From the NCBI RefSeq assembly GCF_037013405.1, contig NZ_CP146064.1:660001-692000 (forward strand): a stretch of 32,000 nucleotides of DNA, given 5' to 3'. Source of the stretch: Candidatus Nanosynbacter sp. BB002 (GTDB lineage Bacteria; Patescibacteriota; Saccharimonadia; Saccharimonadales; Saccharimonadaceae). The notes beneath the pieces were generated by a model. The model had not been told where the DNA came from, made no database searches, and saw only the letters and a list, made by a program, of their open reading frames with translations. Shown here piece by piece: positions 17,179-26,222 of the stretch. The stretch's first letter is position 1. Every line of letters starts with the position of its first letter. A program made the position numbers and the translations under genes.

Positions 17179-18141
17179 TCAATCCCTCTTTAACATCACC
17201 GTAAACGCTTCTGACGGAATGTCAACCTTGCCGAAGCGTTTCATGCGCTTTTTACCACGAGCTTGCTTGGCGAGGAGTTTCTTTTTGCGACTGACGTCGC
17301 CACCATATAGGTAGCCAGTAACGTCTTTACGGTAAGCACCGATGTTCTCGCGGGCAATGAATCTACCGCCAATCGCCGCCTGCAACGCCACCTCAAAGCT
17401 CTGGCGCGGCACCACGTCTTTGAGTTTTTTGACGATTTCCCGGCCCAAGCCTGGCGCCTCAGAGCGGTGACACATCACACTTAGCGCATCAACCATCTCG
17501 CCCGCCACATAAAAATCCACCCGTACCAAATCTTCCGGCCGGTAGCCCACCAGCTCATAATTAAACGAACCATAGCCGCTGGTGGCCGACTTCAGTTGAT
17601 CATAAAAATCCGTCAGCAGATTTGCCAGCGGCGCCGTAAAGGAAATCAGTGCCCGCTCATCGATGTAGCTAAGGTTTTTTTGCCGGCCGCGCTTGGCGAC
17701 AATCAGCTGAATCACCGCACCAATATAATCTTGTGGCACTACAATTTCACCGTCAATCCACGGCTCGCGAACCTCGGTAATTTGTGCTGGGTCAGGTAGT
17801 TCGCTGGCCGACTTAATATCCAACTCCTCGCCATTGGTGAGGCTGACTTGATAATCAGTACTCGGATTGGTGACGATGAGATCCAAATTATACTCGCGCT
17901 CCAGCCGCTCACGAATGATATCCATATGGAGCAAACCAAGAAAGCCGATCCGCACACCATAGCCCAGCACCGGCGAATTTTCCGGCTCAAACTGCAGCGC
18001 CGAATCACTGAGACTCAACTTCTCAATCGCCTCCTTCAGGTCATTATAATCTTCGTTAGACACCGGGAAGAAGCCCGCATAGACGAAGGGCTTGACTTCT
18101 TTGTAGCCAGGGAGGGGCTGGACAGTAATTTTTTCAGTCAT
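17179..18141 (-). CDS. lepA: Elongation factor 4 (LepA), C-terminal fragment (domains III, V and the LepA C-terminal domain) of a split gene
   Basis: MTEKITVQPLPGYKEVKPFVYAGFFPV..YNDLKEAIEKLSLSDSALQFEPENSPVLGYGVRIGFLGLLHMDIIRERLEREYNLDLIVTNPS... is collinear with the region of E. coli and B. subtilis LepA that follows ..ALPGF/Y.KVKP.VYAGL.P. It ends with the basic LepA_C tail. Confidence 0.93.
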   Translation of the reverse strand: MTEKITVQPLPGYKEVKPFVYAGFFPVSNEDYNDLKEAIEKLSLSDSALQFEPENSPVLGYGVRIGFLGLLHMDIIRERLEREYNLDLIVTNPSTDYQVSLTNGEELDIKSASELPDPAQITEVREPWIDGEIVVPQDYIGAVIQLIVAKRGRQKNLSYIDERALISFTAPLANLLTDFYDQLKSATSGYGSFNYELVGYRPEDLVRVDFYVAGEMVDALSVMCHRSEAPGLGREIVKKLKDVVPRQSFEVALQAAIGGRFIARENIGAYRKDVTGYLYGGDVSRKKKLLAKQARGKKRMKRFGKVDIPSEAFTVMLKRD

Positions 18142-18149
18142 TGTGTCAT

Positions 18150-18158
18150 ATTATAGCA
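18150..18158 (-). promoter_or_regulatory. Extended -10 element (TGCTATAAT) 8 nt upstream of the lepA C-fragment ATG
   Basis: The minus strand reads TGCTATAAT-atgacaca-ATG, with no Shine-Dalgarno sequence between them. This suggests an independent, leaderless or near-leaderless transcript. Confidence 0.5.
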
Positions 18159-18201
18159 TTTTACAGAGATACCGTCGAATCACCGTGTTAGTTTATATTC
18201 C

Positions 18202-18753
18202 TCACGGAGTATACGACGTGTGCATATCAACTCGCCTCGAAGGTGAGGCTAATGGATACATATAGGGCAGTTCTCTGTTTGGCACAATATCATAATATCG
18301 ACGATACCGGTCGTCATTAAATTCAGACTCATTACCCTTAACGAAATGTAGCGCTGGATGGTTCCTCGAAGTAGTACCACGCTTCACCAATAATCCAACA
18401 TGCGACCACGTTTCCGACGTGACGTCTGGCTCCAGCCCGTACTTAGCAAGCAACAAGGCAATGATAGGTTTGCGGATGACCGAGGTAGTTCCTGGTTCAA
18501 GACCAAGCGCAGGAGTTACCTCCTCAAAGAAATATTCCAACATGGACGTGCCAGCCCGATATTCAGACGGAGCATCACGAAACAGCATGCCAGCGAAGCA
18601 CGCCTTTTCGCCAAGCCTCACATAGCTAAGCCGCGCCATGGGCTTCTCCGCATTTTCCCCAAACATAATTCTTTCTACTCCAGACGGCGCAGTTCGCGCA
18701 TGAGCTGGAACGCGGTCTCCATTGGCAAACGTAATTGGCGGTAAATCATTCAT
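18202..18753 (-). CDS. Hypothetical protein (183 aa) encoded inside the lepA interruption
   Basis: It is the only long ORF in this interval and is co-oriented with lepA. I recognise no family. It is preceded by a 154-nt structured non-coding region. Confidence 0.6.
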   Translation of the reverse strand: MNDLPPITFANGDRVPAHARTAPSGVERIMFGENAEKPMARLSYVRLGEKACFAGMLFRDAPSEYRAGTSMLEYFFEEVTPALGLEPGTTSVIRKPIIALLLAKYGLEPDVTSETWSHVGLLVKRGTTSRNHPALHFVKGNESEFNDDRYRRYYDIVPNRELPYMYPLASPSRRVDMHTSYTP

Positions 18754-18907
18754 AGCTAATCATAATATTTTCTTACTGTCACCGTATCGCTCGTCCCTTT
18801 GAGGACAGCGATAGTGCCGTCAAGCAATGACTCGGCAGCTATCTGTGACAGATTATCAGATTATACTATACCATCTTAAGTTAATTATGTCTATGAAATA
18901 AACGATT

Positions 18908-19597
18908 CTACTGATTAGCATACCGCTCGATACGCTTAGCCCGCAGTGTTAGCATGTCAGTCAAGTCCTGCAGATATACTGTGTACTGCTCAACGGTCTG
19001 AGGCAACGGTGACGATTGGAAATTATCAAAATCTGTTAGTATGTTAACTTGGTATTCGTCATCAACAAAATCTTGCAACAAGAAAAAATCGACATAGCCC
19101 CGAAAATCACCAAACCACTCAAAAAAGTCACCATAACGATCAAAAACATCAGCCAGCGGACTGTCTTCACCCCGATACCAGCGGGCAATACATTCTAACG
19201 TTAGGTCAAATCGATCACCAATTTTGCGATGCCAGCCTCTCGCACGATTGATGGTTTGCGTACCGCCGCGTAATTCGCTGGGGAAGATAATTTCTGAACC
19301 AATACGCCAATCAATATTATCTATTGCCGCTAGAACATCTCGTGGGGTCTGTTCAACAATCAACTTATTACGCTTCCAAGCTTCAAAGGTAGCTACTATA
19401 TTATCACTTGAAACAGGAATCTGACACTGGCCGTCACTGGCTATCAAGTACGACCCCTCATCTAGCATAGTCAGTTGACGACCATTAGGCAGTGGTTTAG
19501 TCCATAGCTCAGCGTGATAGCGTTTTAACGTCAGGCTGTGCTGATCTGGGTCTTTATTATTAGCGTCTTGCCGACAGTCAAACCAAGGATCAATCAT
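18908..19597 (-). CDS. Hypothetical protein (229 aa) encoded inside the lepA interruption
   Basis: The ATG lies 2 nt after the stop of the lepA N-fragment. The sequence is motif-rich and looks globular (..NNKDPDQHSLTLKRYHAELWTKPLPNG.., ..GGTQTINRARGWHRKIGDRFDLTLECIARWYRGEDSPL.., ..FGDFRGYVDFFLLQDFV..). I cannot assign a function. Confidence 0.65.
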   Translation of the reverse strand: MIDPWFDCRQDANNKDPDQHSLTLKRYHAELWTKPLPNGRQLTMLDEGSYLIASDGQCQIPVSSDNIVATFEAWKRNKLIVEQTPRDVLAAIDNIDWRIGSEIIFPSELRGGTQTINRARGWHRKIGDRFDLTLECIARWYRGEDSPLADVFDRYGDFFEWFGDFRGYVDFFLLQDFVDDEYQVNILTDFDNFQSSPLPQTVEQYTVYLQDLTDMLTLRAKRIERYANQ

Positions 19598-19599
19598 CG

Positions 19600-20559
19600 C
19601 TAGCCTATATACTTCTTCAACGTCACCGTATCACCCACCCGCGCTTCACGCGTGGTTTTGAGGTTGGTGACAATGTAACCAATTTCACCAGTGTCCAGCG
19701 ATGGGTCGGGGATCATGCCAGGACTAAGATGACCAACTTCCAGCGCCAAGCCGTTCGCGCCAGTTGCCATCATGTGAATTGCGTCGCCTTTCTTAATTTG
19801 CCCATCAACCACCCTGACATACAAAATCACCCCACGGTAATCATCATAATAACTGTCAAAAATCAGCGCCCGTGTCGGCATATCAGCCAACACAACATCA
19901 GGATGCTCGACCGCCAGTGGCGAAGTCGGCGCCGGAATTCGCTCAACAATCGCCTCCAAAACTTGATCAACATTCTGTCCCGTTTTAGCGGAAATATGAA
20001 TAATCTCACTCTCGTCACAGCCTAGCAGATTGATCACCTGCTTGGATACTCGCGGCACATCAGCGGCCGGCAAATCAACCTTGTTGAGCACCGGAATAAT
20101 TGTGAGGTCCTGCTCCATCGCCAAGTACACATTCGCCAGCGTCTGCGCCTGGATACCCTGGCTGGCGTCGACCACCAACACCGCCCCCTCGCACGCCTGC
20201 AAGCTGCGCGACACTTCATAACTAAAATCAACGTGACCGGGCGTGTCGATGAGGTTGAGATCATACGACCCAGCCAGTGGCAATCCTTCCGATGAATCGA
20301 TAACCCTGTCGCTGGCGTCGCCTGCGACATTCGATTCAGAGGAAGCGGTTGCCGCTGGCTGGCGGTAATGATACTTCATCCGCACCGGCGCAAGCTTAAT
20401 GGTAATGCCCTTCTCGCGCTCGAGATCCATACTATCCAGCAGCTGCGATTTCATCTCGCGCTTCTCCACCGTCCCCGTCATCTCCATCATTCGGTCAGCC
20501 AGCGTCGATTTGCCGTGATCGATGTGAGCGATGATGCAAAAATTGCGGATAGCTTTCAT
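19600..20559 (-). CDS. lepA: Elongation factor 4 (LepA), N-terminal fragment (GTPase domain plus domain II) of a split gene
   Basis: It has G1 ([20 protein letters not shown]), G3 ([10 protein letters not shown]) and G4 (LNKVDL), then a beta-barrel domain II ending ..[16 protein letters not shown]. The break falls exactly at the domain II/III linker of full-length LepA. Confidence 0.93.
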   Translation of the reverse strand: MKAIRNFCIIAHIDHGKSTLADRMMEMTGTVEKREMKSQLLDSMDLEREKGITIKLAPVRMKYHYRQPAATASSESNVAGDASDRVIDSSEGLPLAGSYDLNLIDTPGHVDFSYEVSRSLQACEGAVLVVDASQGIQAQTLANVYLAMEQDLTIIPVLNKVDLPAADVPRVSKQVINLLGCDESEIIHISAKTGQNVDQVLEAIVERIPAPTSPLAVEHPDVVLADMPTRALIFDSYYDDYRGVILYVRVVDGQIKKGDAIHMMATGANGLALEVGHLSPGMIPDPSLDTGEIGYIVTNLKTTREARVGDTVTLKKYIG

Positions 20560-22214
20560 CAGCGTCGTTTCCCGTCCAGACGTACAAACAAGAACTTATT
20601 CACTTGCCTGATGATCGGTTCAACTTCTGGCAATTTGAGCATCCGCGATATCAGACCATAAGCCAAGAAACTCACACCAGCGATAATCATAAACTTCGGA
20701 AAGGCTGAGAAGAAGCTACTGTCGCTCTCACGGAATGGCAACACCTGTAACATCAAATAACAAACGATTCCTGCTACCGTTGATGCCACGATCATACGCA
20801 ACACCGCCGCCACGAACGAAGCGTCAAACAAGTGCGGAATTCGTTTTTCTAACACAACAAATAAGATCACTACCTCAATGACAGCCACTGTCGACTGTGC
20901 CCACGCCAGCCCATAGGCGCCCATTTTCAGCACCATCGATAAGACGATTGCCAGTACCACATTCAAGCCAATAGCTGCGAAAGAGATGTTTAGCGGTGTT
21001 TTTGTGTCCTGTTGTGCGTAAAATGCCCGAGCCGCCATGTGATAGATGGTACGAAACAAAATCGCCACGACCAAACACCCCAAAATACCCGCCATCATCG
21101 GATCTCCGGTGTTGCGGATAAAGTGAACAACATACCCTCGGGTGAAGAACGTTATAACGGAAACCGGCATAGCCATCCAAATAATTACCCGCAGCAATTG
21201 GCGCAAATCTTTCTGAAACAGATCTTGACGATTATTGCCCAAATGCTCGGTCAACTGAGGAAAAGCTGCGTTAGAAACCGCCACACCGATGAGGTTGATC
21301 GGCATCATGTGTAGCGTTAAAGCCTGCTGATAAGCACGAATAACACCATCACCCAGTCGGGAAGCCAAGTTCACTTCCACCAAGCTAACAGCGTAGTCCA
21401 TACCCTGGTCAACCGAACGCGCTGGTAGTAAACTCAATACTTTGCGAAAACCGCGGTTACGCCAGTGCAGTTTAAACTCATAGTCAAATCCCAAACCGAC
21501 CAACCCGACAGCACTAACGATGAGCTGCATTACCGAACCAAGCACCACACCCAGCGCCACGCCCATGATGCCGCCCTCAAAGATCTGCCAACCAAAGATA
21601 TTGATACCATTCGTAAACCAAACGGTACCGATGATGATACCAATATTATAAATCATTGGCGCGAGAGCATAAAAGGTGAAACGCCCCACCGCTTGCTGGA
21701 TGCTAGCGATGACAGCAGCAATCGCAAAGATAAATGGGTTGACAGCGATCACCCGCATCATACTGACCGCCAACGCATGACCCGACTCACTCATTCCCGG
21801 CGCAATGAAATAGCGCATTAATGGATCAGCAAAGATGATGATGAGCACACTAGCAGCCAGGGTGGTCAGTGCCATGAAATTGATCATGCTGGAGCTAATC
21901 TGCCAAGCTGACTGTTTATTTCCCTTGGTCCATCGCTCATTAAACACCGGGATGAAGGTCACACTCAGCGCACCTGACACCAAAATAGCAAACATAAAGT
22001 CCGGCACCATGAACGCTGCAGTGTACGCGTCAAGACCAACAACATAACCCGCCAGCCCTGCTTCTTTGTTGGGCATATAGGCAGCGTTCAGCAAACGGTC
22101 ACGCCAAAATCCCAGCAGACTACTCAGTAGCATAGATCCTGCCAATAGACTGGCTGCCAATTTCACGGTCAGCCGCTGATTCACTTTGGTGACTGCTTGC
22201 CGAACTCGCCCCAT
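20559..22214 (-). CDS. murJ: Lipid II flippase MurJ (MviN family)
   Basis: A 551-aa polytopic membrane protein (about 14 TM helices) of the MOP/MviN type. Its N-terminus is ..[18 protein letters not shown].. and the sequence continues ..[30 protein letters not shown]. Confidence 0.85.
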   Translation of the reverse strand: MGRVRQAVTKVNQRLTVKLAASLLAGSMLLSSLLGFWRDRLLNAAYMPNKEAGLAGYVVGLDAYTAAFMVPDFMFAILVSGALSVTFIPVFNERWTKGNKQSAWQISSSMINFMALTTLAASVLIIIFADPLMRYFIAPGMSESGHALAVSMMRVIAVNPFIFAIAAVIASIQQAVGRFTFYALAPMIYNIGIIIGTVWFTNGINIFGWQIFEGGIMGVALGVVLGSVMQLIVSAVGLVGLGFDYEFKLHWRNRGFRKVLSLLPARSVDQGMDYAVSLVEVNLASRLGDGVIRAYQQALTLHMMPINLIGVAVSNAAFPQLTEHLGNNRQDLFQKDLRQLLRVIIWMAMPVSVITFFTRGYVVHFIRNTGDPMMAGILGCLVVAILFRTIYHMAARAFYAQQDTKTPLNISFAAIGLNVVLAIVLSMVLKMGAYGLAWAQSTVAVIEVVILFVVLEKRIPHLFDASFVAAVLRMIVASTVAGIVCYLMLQVLPFRESDSSFFSAFPKFMIIAGVSFLAYGLISRMLKLPEVEPIIRQVNKFLFVRLDGKRR

Positions 22215-22220
22215 AATCGA

Positions 22221-24089
22221 TTATGCGTGAAGTTTTGCTTCCTTTGGCAACTTAGTACCCTTGAGTATCTCTGCCACCGCTTCTTCCTCCAAGGTTTCGT
22301 CCTTGAGCAGTGCCGCAGCCAATTTGTCCAGATGTGAACGATTGGCTTTCAGAACCGTCATGGCTCGCGTCTTCGCTTCATTGATCAGCGCTGCCACTTC
22401 TTGGTCTATCTGCTTCGCTGTTTCATCTGAGTACGGTCGCTCACGGGTCATCTTGTCAAACATCAATCCACCATTATCTTCGTGAAAGACTTGGTCACGC
22501 AGAGCCTTACCCATGCCTTGCTCAATCACCATATCACGAGCAATCTGGGTCGCGTTACGCAAGTCAGATCCTGCCCCGGTAGTGATACCATCATCGCCGT
22601 ACAAAATCTGCTCAGCCACGCGTCCACCCATAGCCCGGGCCAAGATGTCTTTAAATTCATAGACGTTGGTGTAGCTCTTGTCCTCTGGCGGCAAGAACCA
22701 CGTCACACCACCAGTGCCACCACGCGGAATGATAGTAACTTTGTGAACTGGGTCAGAATCTGGCAAAACGTGACCGACGATAGCATGGCCAGCCTCGTGA
22801 TACGCCGTCAATTCCTTTTCCTTGTCGCTCATGACCTTCGCTTTGCGCTCTGGACCGATCGCTACTCGTTCAAACGCTTCGGTCAACTCTTCGTTGGTAA
22901 TCTTTTTCTTGTTGCGCCGTGCAGCGATGATGGCAGACTCGTTGGCGATGTTTGCCAAATCAGCACCGCTTGAACCAGCCGTCTTTGCTGCCAACGCATC
23001 CAAATTAACCGTATCGTCAGTTGGCTTATTCTTAAAGTGAACCTTCAAAATAGCTTCGCGGTCTTTGCGCTCTGGCAGCATAATATTAACTCGCCGGTCA
23101 AATCGACCCGGGCGCAGCAACGCTGGATCCAACACATCTGCTCGGTTGGTAGCCGCCAGGACGATCACATTCGTGTCGCCGTCAAAGCCATCCATTTCCA
23201 CCAAAATCTGGTTCAAGGTCTGTTCGCGCTCATCGTGTCCGCCGCCCATACCAGAACCACGTTTACGACCAACCGCGTCAATCTCATCGATAAAGATGAT
23301 ACATGGTGCATTTTTCTTGGCCTTAGTGAACAAGTCACGGACTCGTGACGCACCAACACCAACAAACATCTCCACAAACTCTGAACCGGAGATAGAGAAA
23401 AATGGCACGCCTGCTTCGCCAGCTACAGCTCGCGCCAGCATGGTTTTACCAGTACCCGGGTGGCCGACCAACAACACGCCTCGCGGGATCTTGGCACCGA
23501 GCTCGCGGTATTTCTTTGGGTTTTTCAGGAAATCAACTACTTCTTGCAAGTCTTGCTTGGCGTTATCATTACCAGCGATATCTTCAAAGTTAACCTTTTC
23601 TTTGTCTTCACCATACAATCGAGCTTTTGATTTACCAAAGCCCATGGCTTGGTTATTCTGCCCCTGACTCTGTCGCATCATAAACACAAAGAAACCGATG
23701 ATCAAAATAACCGGCACAAAAGTGATGGCAACATTCCATACCACTTCACCAGTGCGTGACTGTGGCACAACCTTGACCTCAACCGGCGCGTCTTTCTTGA
23801 GGCCTTGCTCATAAATACTGCTGTTTTCTTTGATGGATTTTTCTGTTGGCTTATCTTGGTCTTTAACCGTCACCGTCAGGTCGTTGCCCTGGACTTGGAT
23901 GAGTTTAATGTCACCCTTGTTCGCTCGGCTGACCACATCGCTCAAAGCCACTTCCTTCAAATTAGCGTGCTGCGCAGTTGACGCATACACTGCCAAACCA
24001 ATCAATACAACAATTGCCCAAAAAAGGCCCAGTCGCATAAACTGACTGATTTTATTCTTGCCATTCTTGTTCGGCATCTTTACTGCCAT
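22221..24089 (-). CDS. ftsH: ATP-dependent zinc metalloprotease FtsH
   Basis: It has two N-terminal TM helices, AAA+ Walker A ([18 protein letters not shown]), Walker B ([11 protein letters not shown]), the SRH ([20 protein letters not shown]) and the zinc site HEAGHAIV. Confidence 0.98.
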   Translation of the reverse strand: MAVKMPNKNGKNKISQFMRLGLFWAIVVLIGLAVYASTAQHANLKEVALSDVVSRANKGDIKLIQVQGNDLTVTVKDQDKPTEKSIKENSSIYEQGLKKDAPVEVKVVPQSRTGEVVWNVAITFVPVILIIGFFVFMMRQSQGQNNQAMGFGKSKARLYGEDKEKVNFEDIAGNDNAKQDLQEVVDFLKNPKKYRELGAKIPRGVLLVGHPGTGKTMLARAVAGEAGVPFFSISGSEFVEMFVGVGASRVRDLFTKAKKNAPCIIFIDEIDAVGRKRGSGMGGGHDEREQTLNQILVEMDGFDGDTNVIVLAATNRADVLDPALLRPGRFDRRVNIMLPERKDREAILKVHFKNKPTDDTVNLDALAAKTAGSSGADLANIANESAIIAARRNKKKITNEELTEAFERVAIGPERKAKVMSDKEKELTAYHEAGHAIVGHVLPDSDPVHKVTIIPRGGTGGVTWFLPPEDKSYTNVYEFKDILARAMGGRVAEQILYGDDGITTGAGSDLRNATQIARDMVIEQGMGKALRDQVFHEDNGGLMFDKMTRERPYSDETAKQIDQEVAALINEAKTRAMTVLKANRSHLDKLAAALLKDETLEEEAVAEILKGTKLPKEAKLHA

Positions 24090-24954
24090 AATCTGAAAAA
24101 TCCTTTCTACCTAAATCAATCTTTTTGATTATAGCAGTTTTTAATGATAATTTCATCTCTAACCCTTCACCGATCTGCCAGACCGTACCGGGCTTACCCG
24201 TCTTGAGCGCCACCACCGCTCGCTCGAGCTGCGACGTCAGCAGGGAAGTAGCAAATTTTTTTCGAAGATACTCTGCTAGTAATTCCACCGCTTCAGCCAT
24301 ATCGATACTGATGAAAAAGTACCGATTGAGCGGCTCCATCAAAAGCTGTGCTGACTCGTCAGTAATCGCCTCGGCTAGCTCCAACTGCTCTTGCCACAAA
24401 TCGTATAGCTGCTGTTTGGCATCATCCGGCAGGTTCATCAACTTACGCCGCAAACGATTACGCGTATAGATATCACTCGCGTTGGTCTCATCCTCAACCC
24501 ATTCCAGCCGGCGCCTCACTGCATAGGTTGTGAGCTGCTGCTTGGTCCAGTGTGTCAGGGGCCGCATGATCCGCGAATCACCAAGCACTGCCAGCCCTCT
24601 CCAGCGCGTCCCGCGTGCCACATTAAGCGCAATCGTTTCAACCACGTCGTCCAAATGATGCGCGGTCACCAACTGTGCGTTATGCTTCTCGGCCGCCGCT
24701 AACAAAAACGCGTAGCGCCGTTGCCGAGCAATCGCTTCGTTAGCTCCCAGCAGTTCTTCTCTTTTGCCTGCAAACAAAAACCCATACCGACGAGCCAGCG
24801 CTTCAACAAACTGCGCATCAGCCCTCGAATCAGCACGCATACCATGATCAAAGTGCAAAACCACACATTGATGCCCTTTATGTGCAATAAGATCCAGCAA
24901 CACAACGCTGTCAATCCCACCACTGACTGCTACTGCATATTTCATCTTTTCCAT
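24052..24954 (-). CDS. tilS: tRNA(Ile)-lysidine synthase TilS
   Basis: It has the PP-loop motif AVAVSGGIDSVVLL, then ..VLHFDHGMRADS.. and ..VTAHHLDDVVET... Its 3' end overlaps the ftsH start by 38 nt. Confidence 0.88.
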   Translation of the reverse strand: MEKMKYAVAVSGGIDSVVLLDLIAHKGHQCVVLHFDHGMRADSRADAQFVEALARRYGFLFAGKREELLGANEAIARQRRYAFLLAAAEKHNAQLVTAHHLDDVVETIALNVARGTRWRGLAVLGDSRIMRPLTHWTKQQLTTYAVRRRLEWVEDETNASDIYTRNRLRRKLMNLPDDAKQQLYDLWQEQLELAEAITDESAQLLMEPLNRYFFISIDMAEAVELLAEYLRKKFATSLLTSQLERAVVALKTGKPGTVWQIGEGLEMKLSLKTAIIKKIDLGRKDFSDYGSKDAEQEWQE

Positions 24955-25044
24955 TATAGCAAAGCATGAGCGGTTTTGATATTCATAAAATCAATTCAGC
25001 TCTTGGTGAAACAGCAATAGCATGCTATAATCACCCTCAGACGT

Positions 25045-25121
25045 GGCACCGTAGCTCAGCTGGTTAGAGCGCAGGACTCATAAGCCTGAGGTCGGTGGTT
25101 CGGGTCCACCCGGTGCTACCA
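25045..25121 (+). tRNA. tRNA with CAT anticodon (elongator Met or Ile2/lysidine type, not the initiator)
   Basis: GGCACCGTAGCTCAGCTGGTTAGAGCGCAGGACTCATAAGCCTGAGGTCGGTGGTTCGGGTCCACCCGGTGCTACCA. It folds as a cloverleaf with a G1:U72 pair, the anticodon loop CTCATAA and an encoded CCA. Confidence 0.88.
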
Positions 25122-25134
25122 ATATTGCAAGCTA

Positions 25135-25163
25135 AACCTCCATGATTCATGGAGGTTTTTCTT
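25135..25163 (+). terminator. Rho-independent terminator after the tRNA
   Basis: The hairpin is AACCTCCATG-att-CATGGAGGTT, followed by TTTCTTT. Confidence 0.75.
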
Positions 25164-25172
25164 TAGGCGACC

Positions 25173-25322
25173 TTATTTATCATCAAGCGCTCGGAGCTTT
25201 CTCAACACAAATTCACTCATCTCTTGTGAAGTCCGCTGGTGCTTCCACGTTTCAAGTTGTTGTTTTTCGATACCTTCTAAAAACGCAGTTAGCTCACGCT
25301 CTGCAATTGCTTGCTCTGTCAT
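25173..25322 (-). CDS. Possible small protein (49 aa), helical and charged
   Basis: My own translation gives MTEQAIAERELTAFLEGIEKQQLETWKHQRTSQEMSEFVLRKLRALDDK. It falls below the ORF-track size cutoff. It has only a weak, distant AAGGA element and no recognisable family. It competes with a 60-aa plus-strand ORF that looks less protein-like. Confidence 0.3.
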   Translation of the reverse strand: MTEQAIAERELTAFLEGIEKQQLETWKHQRTSQEMSEFVLRKLRALDDK

Positions 25323-25481
25323 GATGTATTTGTTCCTTGTTTTTGTTTAATAATGAAACCTAACTCTACATTAGCACATTTTTGACAAAAAAGCAATAGC
25401 AATATCACAAAATACTCATGATTATTTTCCCTTTTTAAACCGGCTATGCTACACTGATATTAAAGGAATATTCATATAAAC

Positions 25482-26222
25482 ATGACGTACGCCATACTCT
25501 CATCACTTGCTATCCTCCTTCTGGCAGCTGGCATTCATGCTAGTCTGCAGTTGAGTGTCAGTATGTTGACGCTGATGAGCGGCCATGCGTTAGGCAAAAA
25601 GACCCGCCATATGCTACTGCTCCGACGGATGAATAGCTTCGTGCTCGGTGTTTTTTTGATGACATTGCTACTGGCGACGTTTACGGTTCATATCTTAACC
25701 ATCGTCATTAACCAAACCGTGATCATCGAACGACTCGTCGCTTCCGTTACCACCGGCATCGCAGTCGGGTTAGGCTTAGCGACCTGGGCATTTTACTATC
25801 GCCGCAAGCAAAAAACCGGCATCGTCCTATGGCTACCTCGTGGCATGGCACGCTTTTTATCAAAGCGTAGTAAAGCAACCAAAAGCAGTGCTGAAGCATT
25901 TTCACTCGGCATGACGAGCGTCATCGCTGAACTCATCTTCATCATTGGTCCACTACTAGCAGCCAGTCTGGCCATCATCAGCCTGCCTTCTGGTCTGTTC
26001 CAGCTGTCAGCCATCATGCTCTATGTCGTCGGTTCACTTTTACCATTACTTGGCATTCTGATTCTTGTTGGTAGCGGCTACAATATTGCCCAAATTCAGC
26101 AGTGGCGTGAACAGTACAAATCATTCCTGCAATTTGTCGGCGGTAGCTGCCTGTTCATTTTGGCGTTTTATCTGTTCATTGACCGCGTCATGGGGATAAC
26201 AAGCATGGGGGTTGGATGGTAA
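25482..26222 (+). CDS. Hypothetical polytopic membrane protein (246 aa, about 6 TM helices)
   Basis: Hydrophobic segments run throughout the sequence, with a basic loop (YYRRKQKTG..LSKRSKATKS) in the middle. Its stop overlaps the start of the next gene (TAATG). Confidence 0.7.
   Translation: MTYAILSSLAILLLAAGIHASLQLSVSMLTLMSGHALGKKTRHMLLLRRMNSFVLGVFLMTLLLATFTVHILTIVINQTVIIERLVASVTTGIAVGLGLATWAFYYRRKQKTGIVLWLPRGMARFLSKRSKATKSSAEAFSLGMTSVIAELIFIIGPLLAASLAIISLPSGLFQLSAIMLYVVGSLLPLLGILILVGSGYNIAQIQQWREQYKSFLQFVGGSCLFILAFYLFIDRVMGITSMGVGW

Noticed and set aside
18168-19632. Possible terminal inverted repeats bracketing the lepA insert: GATACCGTC at 18168-18176 against the reverse complement of GTCACCGTATC at 19622-19632.
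   Set aside because: Only 7 of 9 positions match, and the shared core (ACGGTGA / TCACCGT) also occurs by chance elsewhere, for example at 17199 and 18180. This is too weak to call TIRs.
17179-20559. An intein or a self-splicing intron as the explanation for the interrupted lepA.
   Set aside because: The insert is not in frame. The N-half ends at a TAG, and the two internal ORFs and the C-half each have their own ATG. No intein block motifs (Cys/Ser...His-Asn-Cys/Ser/Thr junctions) are present. I see no obvious group I or group II intron structure, although an RNA-structure search was not possible.
24955-25121. Assigning the tRNA(CAT) at 25045 as tRNA-Ile2 because it is adjacent to tilS.
   Set aside because: Adjacency is not evidence of identity. 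From my recollection of reference tRNAs, its D-arm and variable region look more like elongator tRNA-Met, so the isotype is left open.
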